Positions 63,677 through 64,000 of a stretch of DNA of 64,000 nt are shown here, piece after piece. Source of the DNA: Tubulanus polymorphus (Eukaryota > Animalia > Nemertea); the NCBI RefSeq assembly GCF_964204645.1, contig NC_134030.1, positions 2,398,778-2,462,777 of the forward strand. Reading direction: 5' to 3'. The position numbers and the translations under genes were made by a program. How positions within the stretch are numbered: position 1 is the stretch's first letter; each line of letters begins with the position of its first letter. The notes under the pieces are model-generated. The model was not told the DNA's origin. It saw only the letters and a program-made list of their open reading frames with translations, and did no database searches.

Positions 63677-64000
63677 ACGTTGTTAAAAATGCGATGTAGA
63701 GTTTTTGCTAGGATGGCGTTCCATAAACCCCCTCCCTTCCTAGAGCCTTTAGAACGCCTAGTTATAGCGCAGTACTGTATTGAACGTAATAGTACTATGT
63801 GTACTGTCCAGTTATAGTTCGATCGCGGGATTTTCCCGATTCCTCGTATCGAAACCTCGCCTTTCCCGATTCCTCGTATCGAAACCTCGCCTTTCCCGAT
63901 TCCTCGTATCGAAACCTCGCCTTTCCCGATTCCTAGTATACATTCCATATTCGGCGCAAAGTTCAAGTTCAAGTTCCTCCTATCGAAACTTGCCACGTAC

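Larger units (their letters stand above)
42375..64000 (+). repeat. Head-to-tail tandem segmental duplication: 6 complete units plus the start of a 7th, each with one ISG12-like gene
   Basis: ATG-to-ATG spacings are 3818, 3360, 3623, 3470 and 3467 bp. Introns and spacers are nearly identical between units. The array continues past the window end. Confidence 0.97.

Noticed and set aside
63448-63996. 182-aa minus-strand repetitive ORF (also 45998-46339)
   Set aside because: Translation of the 30-bp and 19-bp VNTRs; not a plausible gene.

Overview
AT-rich eukaryotic (animal-like, probably invertebrate; the species cannot be determined here) genomic DNA. Positions 1-40,000 have no recognisable protein-coding gene. 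They hold microsatellites, minisatellites (33, 49, 53 and ~46 bp units), several MITE-like elements, tRNA-derived SINE-like remnants and hairpins. One hairpin is a perfect 77-bp inverted repeat containing a minimal hammerhead-ribozyme core of the type found in Penelope-like elements. From 40.58 kb to the window end lies a head-to-tail array of ISG12/IFI27 (IFI6-like) genes. It has one divergent paralogue (A) and six near-identical copies (B1-B6) on 3.4-3.8 kb units, and the upstream region of a seventh runs off the window. Each gene has two coding exons split by a phase-1 GT-AG intron and encodes a 95-aa Gly/Ala-rich hydrophobic protein. Type A has basic termini and type B has acidic termini, around a core that is nucleotide-identical in two long blocks. 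Each B unit carries an upstream module with a consensus NF-kB site, a 30-bp VNTR and a candidate non-coding first exon, plus a 3' MITE and a 19-bp VNTR. Variant patterns among the copies suggest ongoing unequal crossover and gene conversion.
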